This document shows, one piece after another, positions 1-9,176 of a DNA stretch of 64,000 nucleotides. This DNA is from Naegleria gruberi (Eukaryota). The position numbers and the translations under genes were made by a program. The stretch is from the NCBI GenBank assembly GCA_000004985.1, contig GG738926.1; one strand, written 5' to 3'. Every line of letters starts with the position of its first letter. Positions within the stretch are counted from its first letter, which is position 1. The notes under the pieces were generated by a model. It was not told the DNA's origin. It was given only the letters and a program-made list of their open reading frames with translations, and made no database searches.

Positions 1-827
1 ACCCTGATAGAAATACTGTACCAGAAGCCACAGAAGCTTTCAAAATTATTGGTGGTGCATATATGTGTTTGAGTGACGAAGAAAAACGAAAATTATTTGA
101 CACTTACGGAACTGAAGATAAACAGAAAATTGGGATGGACCAACAAGAAAGAATGTTCAGAAGATTCAATGGAGGAGGAGGTGGCGGATTAAATGGAGCT
201 TATTATACTAATGGCTTCAATGATGACGAAATATTCTTTGATTTATTTTCACAAATGTTTGGAGGAGGGGGTAGAAATATCTACATGTCTCATCCTAATA
301 TGAGAAGATATAGACAAGCACAAAGAGCTCAACATCATGATCATGATGACGATCAAAGTGTACCACAAACAACCTTCTCTTTCGGATGTATTCAAATGGT
401 TTTCATTTTCTTCATTCTTTTCGTTTCTATGGCTCCTACTTTACTTTCTGGTCTATTTACACAAAGACCAACAAATGCCCATTCAGAGTTTTATGCAAAT
501 GGATATTATCACTTTGAAAAACACAGTACTTATACTGTGGAACGATCAATGGAGTATACACCACCCTTCAAACGTGACAAACATCAAATACCGATCTTCT
601 TCCCTCATGAAGTGATTAAAGCATATGGTGATTCAATTCAAACGAGGTATAGAACAAAGGTTCTGACAGATTATAGAACTTACTTGAACCGAAGATGTGA
701 GGAACAAAAGTATTATGATAGATTGCCATCATCAGATTCAGAAAAGCAAAAGTGGAATAGAAGGAGACCAAAGAATAGAAGAGAATATGTAGATAATTGT
801 GAAATACTTGCAGATTTGTTTGGATAA
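1..827 (+). CDS. DnaJ (Hsp40) family membrane protein, DNAJB12/14-like; 5' end lies outside the window
   Basis: The frame is open from nt 3. It translates to ...PDRNTVPEATEAFKIIGGAYMCLSDEEKRKLFDTYG, the C-terminal half of a J-domain. This is followed by a Gly-rich linker, one predicted TM helix (VFIFFILFVSMAPTLLSGLF) and a DUF1977-like tail, ending at TAA 825-827. The ATG at 63 is internal. Confidence 0.8.
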   Translation, partial: PDRNTVPEATEAFKIIGGAYMCLSDEEKRKLFDTYGTEDKQKIGMDQQERMFRRFNGGGGGGLNGAYYTNGFNDDEIFFDLFSQMFGGGGRNIYMSHPNMRRYRQAQRAQHHDHDDDQSVPQTTFSFGCIQMVFIFFILFVSMAPTLLSGLFTQRPTNAHSEFYANGYYHFEKHSTYTVERSMEYTPPFKRDKHQIPIFFPHEVIKAYGDSIQTRYRTKVLTDYRTYLNRRCEEQKYYDRLPSSDSEKQKWNRRRPKNRREYVDNCEILADLFG

Positions 828-844
828 ATAAAATTATTTTGAAT

Positions 845-3160
845 TTACTTGCTCTTGAACTTGTTATCAACCTTCAAAGTCACAGATCTGTTAAACACTA
901 ATTGATCATTAGTTGTGTCTTGATCAACAACAAAGAAGCCAACTCTTTCGAATTGGTACTTTTCATAGACGGCACGGTTCTTAGCATCTTGGAAATATGG
1001 GTCAACAAATGCGTTTGGCTTAATAATTTCAGAGTTTGGATTAATATAGTTCAACCATTCATCACCAACTTCATCCAAATCGTCACAAGTGAACAACTTT
1101 TCATAGAGTCTGACTTCAGCCTTCATTGGATCAACACCAGGAGCAGATTGAGACAACCAGTGAATATATGTCTTTGGCTTTTCCTTCTTGTCAAAATCGG
1201 CAGTACAATGCAATTCAACAATCTTACCATTTTCATCCTTAATAACCTTTTCACAATGAATGTTACATGGAGCATATCTCAAACCAACGCTCTTATTTGG
1301 AGCCAAACCATAGTAATCTTCAGAGTCAACTTCTCTAAAGTCAGAGCTTTCAATGTAGAGAACTCTGGAGAGTGGCAATTGACGAGATCCTCTTTCGGCA
1401 AGCTTAGGGTGATTCTTAGCTTCAACATGTTCAACCTTGTTAGCATCATAGTTAGTCAAAACAACCTTAAGTGGTTCCAAAACAGCAAAGACACGGTTAA
1501 CACGTTCATCGAGATCAGTACGGAGGGATTGTTCCAATCTTTCAATTGGAATCAAATTTTCAACACGAGTAACACCAATATCATCACAGAATGATTTGAT
1601 ACCTTCTGGTGTGTAACCTCTTCTTCTCAAACCAGCCAAAGTCAAAACTCTTGGATCGTCCCAAGAACGAATAATCTTTTCCTTAACCAACTTCAAAACC
1701 TTACGCTTGGAAAGCAAAGCAGTTGTAATATTCAATCTACTGAATTCATAAACGTGAGGTCTATATAATTTCAAAGTAGCCAATAACCAATAGTAAGAGT
1801 CACGTCTGTTTTCAAATTCCAATGTACACAAAGAGTGAGTAATATTTTCCAAAGAGTCAACAATACAGTGAGAGAAATCATAAGTTGGATAAATACACCA
1901 TTTGTTTCCTTGATGTGGGTGAGCAACATATTTGATACGATAAGCAACGAAATCTCTCATGTTGTAATTGTCACTGCTCATATCAATCTTGACTCTAAGA
2001 ACAGCAGCACCTTCATCGTAAATACCCATCTTCATTTGTTCGAATCTCTTCAAGTTTTCTTCTGGAGTAGTATTTCTGTACTTTGATTCAATCTTATTTT
2101 CTCTTTGATCGTGAATTTCCTTCTTTGATGAAAAGTCAACATAGGCCTTTCCTTCCTTAATTAATTGAACAGCAAAATCGTACATTTGATCCATGTAATC
2201 ACTAGTGTATGTAATCTTAAATGGCTTGAATCCCATCCATTCCATCATTTCTCTAATAGAATCAAAGTAAATCTTTTCTTCCTTTTCTGGATTTGTGTCA
2301 TCATAACGAAGATATGTGCAACCACCTTCTGACATGGCATAACCAAAAGACAAATTCATGGCCTTGGCGTGACCAATGTGAAGGAATCCGTTTGGTTCAG
2401 GTGGGAAACGTGTCATAATTTTACCACCAGTTTGGTTCTTATGTTGTTCCAATAATTCAGGTGGGTTGACAGCAGTTTCAAGGAAACGAGCATCAAAATT
2501 ATAAGTCTTCTTTTGTGGTTGAGTGGCAACCTTTTCTGTGGTAGTGGCAGTTTTAACAACAGCAACCTTTTCTACTTTCTTTGGTGCTTCTTCTACTGGA
2601 GTATCCTTCAGTTCTTCGGATAATGCTTGGAAGGCCTTTTCAACAACTTGTTTAATAATGTTACCATCGGCAAACTTCAATAATTTAATTTCGTTACGCA
2701 AAGTACCAACAAGTTTACCAACATTGGCTTTTCCAATGGTGTAATATGAAAGCTTGTTGCTTGAAATTTGTCCATTAACTAATTCAGTAACCTTTTCTTC
2801 ATTGACATCAGCACCAACACCACATTCAACTTCAAAATCTTGAATTGGGAGTGGTGTAGTACCAATCTTTTTAGCATACTTGATTGCTTCTTCGACTTGG
2901 ACACCAGTCTTGAGTTTACCTTGGGCAATATATTTAGCAATGATTAATCTATTATCAGCCAAATTATCTGGGATGGATTGGATCAACTTCAAGATGAGTG
3001 GACCACAAGAATAATTAAATTCACTAGACTTGTTTTCCAAAGGAATGTTGACTTCGGTGATGGTACGAAGGAATTTTGTTGTGAGGGCTTCATTCTTGGT
3101 AAGATTGAAAATATCCTTTTCATTCAAACCAACAGCCAACAAGATTGCGTCTCTCTCCAT
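845..3160 (-). CDS. glnS: Glutaminyl-tRNA synthetase (class I, eukaryotic type with N-terminal extension)
   Basis: A 771-aa ORF with a true ATG. It carries the HIGH motif (PEPNGFLHIGHAKA) and class-I catalytic core, a KMSKS-like LSKRK element, an anticodon-binding C-terminal domain and the ~200-aa N-terminal appended domain typical of eukaryotic GlnRS. Confidence 0.9.
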   Translation of the reverse strand: MERDAILLAVGLNEKDIFNLTKNEALTTKFLRTITEVNIPLENKSSEFNYSCGPLILKLIQSIPDNLADNRLIIAKYIAQGKLKTGVQVEEAIKYAKKIGTTPLPIQDFEVECGVGADVNEEKVTELVNGQISSNKLSYYTIGKANVGKLVGTLRNEIKLLKFADGNIIKQVVEKAFQALSEELKDTPVEEAPKKVEKVAVVKTATTTEKVATQPQKKTYNFDARFLETAVNPPELLEQHKNQTGGKIMTRFPPEPNGFLHIGHAKAMNLSFGYAMSEGGCTYLRYDDTNPEKEEKIYFDSIREMMEWMGFKPFKITYTSDYMDQMYDFAVQLIKEGKAYVDFSSKKEIHDQRENKIESKYRNTTPEENLKRFEQMKMGIYDEGAAVLRVKIDMSSDNYNMRDFVAYRIKYVAHPHQGNKWCIYPTYDFSHCIVDSLENITHSLCTLEFENRRDSYYWLLATLKLYRPHVYEFSRLNITTALLSKRKVLKLVKEKIIRSWDDPRVLTLAGLRRRGYTPEGIKSFCDDIGVTRVENLIPIERLEQSLRTDLDERVNRVFAVLEPLKVVLTNYDANKVEHVEAKNHPKLAERGSRQLPLSRVLYIESSDFREVDSEDYYGLAPNKSVGLRYAPCNIHCEKVIKDENGKIVELHCTADFDKKEKPKTYIHWLSQSAPGVDPMKAEVRLYEKLFTCDDLDEVGDEWLNYINPNSEIIKPNAFVDPYFQDAKNRAVYEKYQFERVGFFVVDQDTTNDQLVFNRSVTLKVDNKFKSK

Positions 3161-3503
3161 ATATTAAATTACTCTATAATCGCGATTAATGAAAAAAACA
3201 ACAAAATGATGAAGAGGAGTTTATGACTTCTTCCGCGCTGCTGATGATTATTTTTTTAATCGTGAAAAATAATAAAATTTTATTTTTTTAAAGGTTTTTC
3301 ATCAGCCATTTATTTTTATCTTTGCTGCTTGTTTGAATTTCTACTCCTTACCTTTTTTTAATGGTAATTACAAAGTGCATCATTGTTTAGATGAAATAAT
3401 GAATTTTGTTTCAATCGATTGTTTTCCAACAAGTTTGATTTTGGAAGATAATCAAGTTGTAAACAAACAAAATCAATTTTCATAAAAAAATTGATCAAAA
3501 AAA

Positions 3504-3920
3504 ATGCAAACAAGTACAAATGAGGAACCATTAGGAGGATCTGGGGTGGCCACCTCCAAACCATCATCATCAACAGCCATGGTCACGGTTGAAATTTCCT
3601 ATTGTCTACATGTCATTTCTCCTCTACCTTTGGCCAAATGCGAAACAATTAATGTCAAACAAAAAATAGATATTACAAATGAATTTCAAATTCACTCGAA
3701 TGAAACCCTATCTAAAATTCAGAAAATTATATCTTGTGTATTGTTAATGGAAGTGGACCACGGAGAATGGATGATTTCGGATGATAATAATTTTGTAACA
3801 ATATCGGAAGATAACCTCATCCAACAATTACTTTCTCAATCACCAACGAGATACCTCGTTTTCAAGTTACCAAGAAGTTTAAGTGGAATAACTCAAATTA
3901 AAATCAAAATTTCACGATAA
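3504..3920 (+). CDS. Hypothetical small protein (138 aa); possible PB1/ubiquitin-fold-like segment
   Basis: ATG-initiated ORF in the intergenic space between convergent genes. Codon usage is similar to neighbouring genes. A segment (VLLMEVDHGEWMISDDNNFVTISEDNL) is weakly PB1-like. No strong domain is recognised. Confidence 0.25.
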   Translation: MQTSTNEEPLGGSGVATSKPSSSTAMVTVEISYCLHVISPLPLAKCETINVKQKIDITNEFQIHSNETLSKIQKIISCVLLMEVDHGEWMISDDNNFVTISEDNLIQQLLSQSPTRYLVFKLPRSLSGITQIKIKISR

Positions 3921-3939
3921 ACGTCATATTTACATTTAT

Positions 3940-5412
3940 TTACAGTATAATATTGTTTTTCTTTGCGTAGAGTAAGACTGGTTTTGGATCTAAAGTTTCG
4001 TCTGATGTGTTTGAAAGCATATTTTCGAGAATAAACTTGGATAACATTTTTTCTTCTCTTTGTTTGGCTTTCTCCATCATTATGGATTCTTTTCTCACTT
4101 GTTTCATTTCTTCCAATCTCTTTTGTTCCTTTTCAGTTGCTTGCAATTTTTGATAATCTTGCACACGTCTGGCTCTTTCTTGAGAATTCTTCTTGTCAAT
4201 AAAGTCTTCAATCGCCATTTGCTTGTATCTTTCTCTTGCTTGTTGAGCCATAATCTTGTCAACTTCCTTATCCTTTTCAGAGACTAGCTTTTTGAATTGC
4301 ATTTGTTGTTTCCTGCTGTTATCCACGGTTTCCATAAATGCTTTCTTTCGTTGTTCTTGTTTCTCTTCTTCTTCCTTTTGTTTTTCTTCCATTTCTTGTT
4401 CTTGCTTGACATATCTTTCCTTTTCATTGGCTTTCATTTCCTCGAGCATTTTAGACTGTTTATCGATCAATTTTTGTCTGGATCTCAGTTTTTCTCTCAT
4501 ACGTTCCTCTTCTCTTCTCTTTTGCTCAGTTTCCTTTTCTTCCTTTTCTTGGATAAATTCCAAGTTTTTGAGTTTCTGCTCTTTTTCGTATTCAGCTTGT
4601 CTCCTCTTCTTTTCCTCGATTTCTTCTAATTCTTTTTTGTATTGAGCTGTTGCTCCTAATTGTTGTTCAGCCTTTTTCTTCTTTTTCTCCTCCTCTTCTT
4701 TGGAAAGATTAATCAGATGCAATCTCATTTGCTCCTTTTCTTTCTCCAACTCTTCAATTCGTTTCATGTGTCTTTGCTTGATACTATCAATTTGTGTGTC
4801 TTGATCTTTCCTGATTTCTTTTGCCTTTTCCTTAGCTTTTTGGGAGAGAGCTAGTTTTTCTTGAGCTGTTTTTTGGAGTTGTTCTCTTTGAACTTCCATC
4901 CATGATTCAACTTCTTGTTTTTCCATTTCTTCCATTTGCTTTTTAATTTCAATTTGGCGTTCTCTTTCCCTCAAAACCTCACCCAACAGAACCTTTCCTT
5001 GAACTGCCTTGACACGATCATCTTCAAGCATTCTCATTTTGTTTAATTTCTCTATTTGTTTTCTTTTGATTTCAGCTTGGTAGAGCGCTTCTTCTCTTTC
5101 AAGCCTTTGTTGTTCTTCTTCCTTAATTCTATTACGTTCTTCTCTTTCTTGCTCTTGCTTTACTCGAATGGCGTCAATTGTGTTTCCCCAATTTTGTGCT
5201 CTTCTATCGGACTGTTCTTTAAGTCTCTTCTTTCTCTCATTCTTATCTTCCTCCATATCTCTTTCATCTTTTAATTGGTTCATTATTGTTGAGAATTCTC
5301 CTTTGGTTAGAACAGCATATGTTCCTCTCTTTGGATTATTATCGTAATTTTGATGCCACAATCCCTTTGAGGCATTGTGTTGTTGCTTTGATCCTTGATT
5401 AAATGATATCAT
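3940..5412 (-). CDS. E/K/R-rich coiled-coil protein (trichohyalin/plectin-homology-like charged repeats)
   Basis: A 490-aa ORF with a true ATG. About 60% of residues are charged, in heptad-like ERxxEEExRK repeats. The antisense ORFs on the + strand (S/F/L-rich) are artefacts of this composition. Confidence 0.6.
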   Translation of the reverse strand: MISFNQGSKQQHNASKGLWHQNYDNNPKRGTYAVLTKGEFSTIMNQLKDERDMEEDKNERKKRLKEQSDRRAQNWGNTIDAIRVKQEQEREERNRIKEEEQQRLEREEALYQAEIKRKQIEKLNKMRMLEDDRVKAVQGKVLLGEVLRERERQIEIKKQMEEMEKQEVESWMEVQREQLQKTAQEKLALSQKAKEKAKEIRKDQDTQIDSIKQRHMKRIEELEKEKEQMRLHLINLSKEEEEKKKKKAEQQLGATAQYKKELEEIEEKKRRQAEYEKEQKLKNLEFIQEKEEKETEQKRREEERMREKLRSRQKLIDKQSKMLEEMKANEKERYVKQEQEMEEKQKEEEEKQEQRKKAFMETVDNSRKQQMQFKKLVSEKDKEVDKIMAQQARERYKQMAIEDFIDKKNSQERARRVQDYQKLQATEKEQKRLEEMKQVRKESIMMEKAKQREEKMLSKFILENMLSNTSDETLDPKPVLLYAKKNNIIL

Positions 5413-5759
5413 CCTCCTCCAATAATTATTATTTTTATTTAAAAACTACTGATAAATTGTTTGATGCTTTTGTTGTTGTTGCTATTGATGCAATGATGAT
5501 ATTTTTTACAGAGATGTTTTATTGCAACGAACAGATTAAGGTACTTTTTGGCGCCAAACGAACAACAACACCTTTTGAAAGGCAACCTGAAATGTAACCG
5601 TCAAAAATTATATTAAAAGATTAAATTGCTTAATGTTTTCTTTGAAAAGTTTACGTGGTAGATTATCTTCCTATCTTTCTCATTTTGGAATTGATGAAAC
5701 AATGAAAAAATAGTGCAATATAGGAAAAGTTGGAAAAGTCCAATATTTCATCGAAAAAT

Positions 5760-5960
5760 AAATGGCGCGCCCGCCTTAATCACAAAACAAATTTCATAAA
5801 ATTGTAAATCAAACGTTCCTACCCGAATGTTGAAAAAGTACACTATTTTACCAAATATTTCAATGAAAGATGACATTTCTTGTTGTACTCCAACTTGTAT
5901 TCACACTACAAATTGAGCGCCAACAAGTATTTCATAATAGTATAAATTTGGCGCCATTTT
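5760..5960. promoter_or_regulatory. GC-rich islands with E2F-like TTTGGCGC(C) motifs in the promoter region of the homeobox gene
   Basis: In an otherwise AT-rich intergenic stretch: ggcgcgcccgcc at ~5764-5775, gagcgccaa at ~5927-5935 and tttggcgccattttttt at ~5947-5963 (a perfect TTTGGCGC E2F core). These lie about 200-400 bp upstream of the ATG at 6163. Confidence 0.3.
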
Positions 5961-6162
5961 TTTACATTCACTACAAACACTTACTCGAAAAAAAAGAATA
6001 CAAATCTCGATTTGACAACTCATACTGTCAAGTTGCATAGCTGCGAATCACTACCACATATTATCTAAATCCCTAAATCAATCTAGTTGTTATCTAGTTG
6101 TTGTTTATATAAATTTATAAATCGCCTCATCCTCTAACATTGTACAATTTCACACTTTCAAA

Positions 6163-6822
6163 ATGATGATCAAATCCTCCCTAGTTACTCCAATGCCTTC
6201 CATTCATACAACAACAAATTCAATGAATCAACCATACCATTCTCATTCCTCTTCCCTTCATCATTCGACTACCACCACTAATAATAATAACCATCATCAC
6301 AATACACAATTTTTGAAATCAAACCAGAGCTCAATTGATGCCATGTTCAGAAAATTGATGGAAGCCAAGTTTTCATCAACACTTTCGGATATTGAATCAA
6401 ACTTTAACCAATTCGATAATAATTTAAGTTCAACATTGAAAATGATTGAATCAGATTTTAAGAGCCTGTTCGAAACAAAAAAGAGAGGAAGAATTATTTC
6501 ATCTGACACCTCTTCGACAATGTGTGATCAAGACGATTATTCAACTGCCTCAGGAAGCAAGAAGAGAAAGAGAAGCAACTTTTCAAAGAAAGATAAAGAG
6601 CTCCTTATTGAATGGCTTCAAAATCACTCCGACTATCCTTACCCATCAGATGAAGAAAAAGACGAATTACTTGAAAGAGTCTCAATGACCAAAGACCAAT
6701 TAGAAACATGGTTTGTCAACAATAGAAAGAGATTACTCCCAACAGCAACAGCTAGAAAAACACCAGCCATGTTACAATGTGAAGAATTCAACACTAAATT
6801 AGAAAAGAAACTCGTTGTATAA
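6163..6822 (+). CDS. TALE-class homeobox transcription factor
   Basis: 219 aa. The C-terminal region KKRKRSNFSKKDKELLIEWLQNHSDYPYPSDEEKDELLERVSMTKDQLETWFVNNRKR is a canonical 63-aa TALE homeodomain (PYP three-residue insertion, WFxNxR helix 3). The N-terminus is an S/T/N/H-rich low-complexity region. Confidence 0.85.
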   Translation: MMIKSSLVTPMPSIHTTTNSMNQPYHSHSSSLHHSTTTTNNNNHHHNTQFLKSNQSSIDAMFRKLMEAKFSSTLSDIESNFNQFDNNLSSTLKMIESDFKSLFETKKRGRIISSDTSSTMCDQDDYSTASGSKKRKRSNFSKKDKELLIEWLQNHSDYPYPSDEEKDELLERVSMTKDQLETWFVNNRKRLLPTATARKTPAMLQCEEFNTKLEKKLVV

Positions 6823-6864
6823 ATTAATTTGTATACAATTGAATTCTCTAAAGAATAACACTTT

Positions 6865-7629
6865 TTATTGATCATATTTCTGATGAGCGGTAACTTCCAA
6901 GATTGGTTGATTTTCAGTTGCTTCAGTTGCAGCAGTAGTGTTGGATGTTTCTGTTTTTGCTCTCTCAGATTTTGATTTAATCCACGAGGAGGAAGATCTC
7001 TCATAATATTTAACCTTCTTCTTTTTTCTTGATGCAATAAAACTGAATGCAATTCCAATAATTGTCAATACTAACAATAACACAAATCCAAAAATGCTAG
7101 CCGATGAAATTACAATCCCAATAGGATTGTATCTAATGAGAGGTAAAAGGGCAAGTTCAGTTTCTTTCTTATTCAGGTAGACACTTATTTCGGTTGAGTA
7201 AGGTGGCCAAACATTTGAATCTTTAGGATATTCATCGACAGATAGATAGGTATGTTCATTCTGATAGACCAATACTCTACCCCTACAGAATGTCTGATCT
7301 CCTTTCGGATAGCACAATTGTTCAACTAATTGTCCAACGTATGGACCTTGAACAATATTCCCAAAATCAACCAGAAAGAACACACTCATACCTGTAATGA
7401 AGAATGACGCTGATAATAGAAGAATAGTGAAGAGAAAGCAAAATCCAACTGCTTGACAAATGGTTCTCTTGTAATGCAGACTACCCATTTGGGTGTTCAA
7501 TTGACCAACTAAATCACTAATATCACTATTAGAATCATATTCAACATTAGTTTGATTGAGTGGCTTTTCGTCGTTTTTAACTAATGTGTCTCTCTCCTGT
7601 GTAAACGATGCTTGGATTGATCCAGACAT
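6865..7629 (-). CDS. Hypothetical two-TM membrane protein
   Basis: 254 aa with a true ATG. It has two strong hydrophobic helices (FCFLFTILLLSASFFITGMSVFFLV and IVISSASIFGFVLLLVLTIIGIAFSFI) flanking a ~90-aa loop, and a basic KKKK tail. No recognised domain. Confidence 0.5.
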   Translation of the reverse strand: MSGSIQASFTQERDTLVKNDEKPLNQTNVEYDSNSDISDLVGQLNTQMGSLHYKRTICQAVGFCFLFTILLLSASFFITGMSVFFLVDFGNIVQGPYVGQLVEQLCYPKGDQTFCRGRVLVYQNEHTYLSVDEYPKDSNVWPPYSTEISVYLNKKETELALLPLIRYNPIGIVISSASIFGFVLLLVLTIIGIAFSFIASRKKKKVKYYERSSSSWIKSKSERAKTETSNTTAATEATENQPILEVTAHQKYDQ

Positions 7630-8059
7630 TATTTTTTAAAGTTAATCAATAGAATGAACTCTTTCAATCGTTATTTGAATATATCCAAATTCCATTTTCA
7701 GAGATTTTCTTGGAATGAACTACTTCCATTTTTGGTCATTAATAAAAATATGCTGCTAGTGATGATTTACTGTCCACTTTGATTTTTATTACCAGTATTA
7801 CCAGTACATGGAAGGCGCAGAGTCCTATTCTTGGAGAGAATAACTTTTGATTGGCAGTTGATTTTTGAAAAATGTCTTTTTATCCATATTTGGACATTAA
7901 AATAAATATTATTTATTAAATTATTTACAAACTTGTCGGAATGTTATTTTCATTAAATTCAAAAATATTGTGAAAGTCAATTTGTCCATATTTGGAGTCC
8001 AAAAATATTATTTTAAATATTAATCGAAAAAGTATTCGGAATTTTCTTTTCAAAAAAAA

Positions 8060-9100
8060 ATGAAAAAACTTCTCTTGAGTGGCTTTGCAGTTATTGGAGC
8101 TGCTACTGCTGCTGCTGGCTACAAACCTCTCAGAAATTATTATAATGGACCCATGGTTGACCCAAAAATTATGGAACATGCAAATTTAAAAGATAATGTA
8201 ATTGTCATTACTGGTGTTTCAAAGAATGGCATTGGCTATGAAACATGTAAATCCTTATTGGCAAAGAATGGTACCATCATCATTGGAGTGAGAGATTTGA
8301 AGAAGGGAGAAGCGACGAGAAGGGAAATTTTGGAACAAGTTGCACTTGAGGAGAATAATCAAAATAATAGTAAGGGAAATATTTATGTAATGCAATTGGA
8401 TTTGAATGATTTGGATTCGGTGAAACATTTCGCTGATGAAATTAAGGAGAAATTTAAGAGATGTGATATTTTGATTAATAATGCAGGAATTTCCAATGTT
8501 CCTCATGCATTGAGTAAGCAAAATGTTGAGATTCATTTTGGAACCAACCATTTGGGTCACTTTTTACTTACTAATTTGCTAATTGACCAGTTGAAAGATT
8601 CCAAAGGAAGAGTAATAACTGTTGCATCTAGAGCTCATGAAAATTATTATGGTAAAACTTTTAAACTGGACGAGGTTTACAATAATACATGCCACTACGT
8701 TCCAAGTCACTATTTATATGCTAGATCCAAATTTGCAAATGTTCTCTTCTCAAAAAAGCTGGACAGAATTTTGGCTGAGCAATCTAAGGATGAGCTAGAT
8801 AGATGTACCTCTTATTCACTCCATCCAGGATTAGTGACCTCATCAATTGGTCGTTATAGTAGTCTGATGAGTTTTGTTATTGGCACTGTGGGTAGAATTT
8901 TCGGAAAGGACTTGGTTCATGGTTCTCAGACCACTCTCCATGTTGCCCTAGCTGATAAAAGTCAACTGAGAGGAGGTGCATATTATGCAGACTGTAAAGA
9001 AAAGCAAACAAATCCTCTTGCTAATGAAATATCTATACAGGATGAATTATGGCAAACAAGTAAGGTTCTTTGTGCAAAATATTTACGAGAAACAGATTAA
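8060..9100 (+). CDS. Short-chain dehydrogenase/reductase (SDR family, retinol-dehydrogenase/WWOX-like)
   Basis: 346 aa. N-terminal hydrophobic signal/anchor, Rossmann motif VIVITGVSKNGIGYE (TGxxxGIG), NNAGI motif and a catalytic S...Y...K arrangement (SRAHENYYGK / YARSK). Confidence 0.85.
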   Translation: MKKLLLSGFAVIGAATAAAGYKPLRNYYNGPMVDPKIMEHANLKDNVIVITGVSKNGIGYETCKSLLAKNGTIIIGVRDLKKGEATRREILEQVALEENNQNNSKGNIYVMQLDLNDLDSVKHFADEIKEKFKRCDILINNAGISNVPHALSKQNVEIHFGTNHLGHFLLTNLLIDQLKDSKGRVITVASRAHENYYGKTFKLDEVYNNTCHYVPSHYLYARSKFANVLFSKKLDRILAEQSKDELDRCTSYSLHPGLVTSSIGRYSSLMSFVIGTVGRIFGKDLVHGSQTTLHVALADKSQLRGGAYYADCKEKQTNPLANEISIQDELWQTSKVLCAKYLRETD

Positions 9101-9176
9101 ATTCTTTCAATGTCAATGACCTTATTTTTTGAGAGTGAAAGGACCAAGTTGTTAGCTCACGTGATTGGAAGATTTA

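Noticed and set aside
902-1594. 230-aa + strand ORF inside the GlnRS gene. Similar embedded ORFs are 1835..2086, 2523..2744, 4256..4645, 4297..4629 and 12500..12703.
   Set aside because: These are antisense or overlapping frames of strongly supported genes. Their translations are low-complexity (S/F/L-rich mirror images of E/K-rich coding strands) with no motifs.
5403-5597. 64-aa + strand ORF immediately upstream of the coiled-coil gene start
   Set aside because: It overlaps the start codon region of 3940..5412 on the opposite strand and has no supporting features. Likely spurious.
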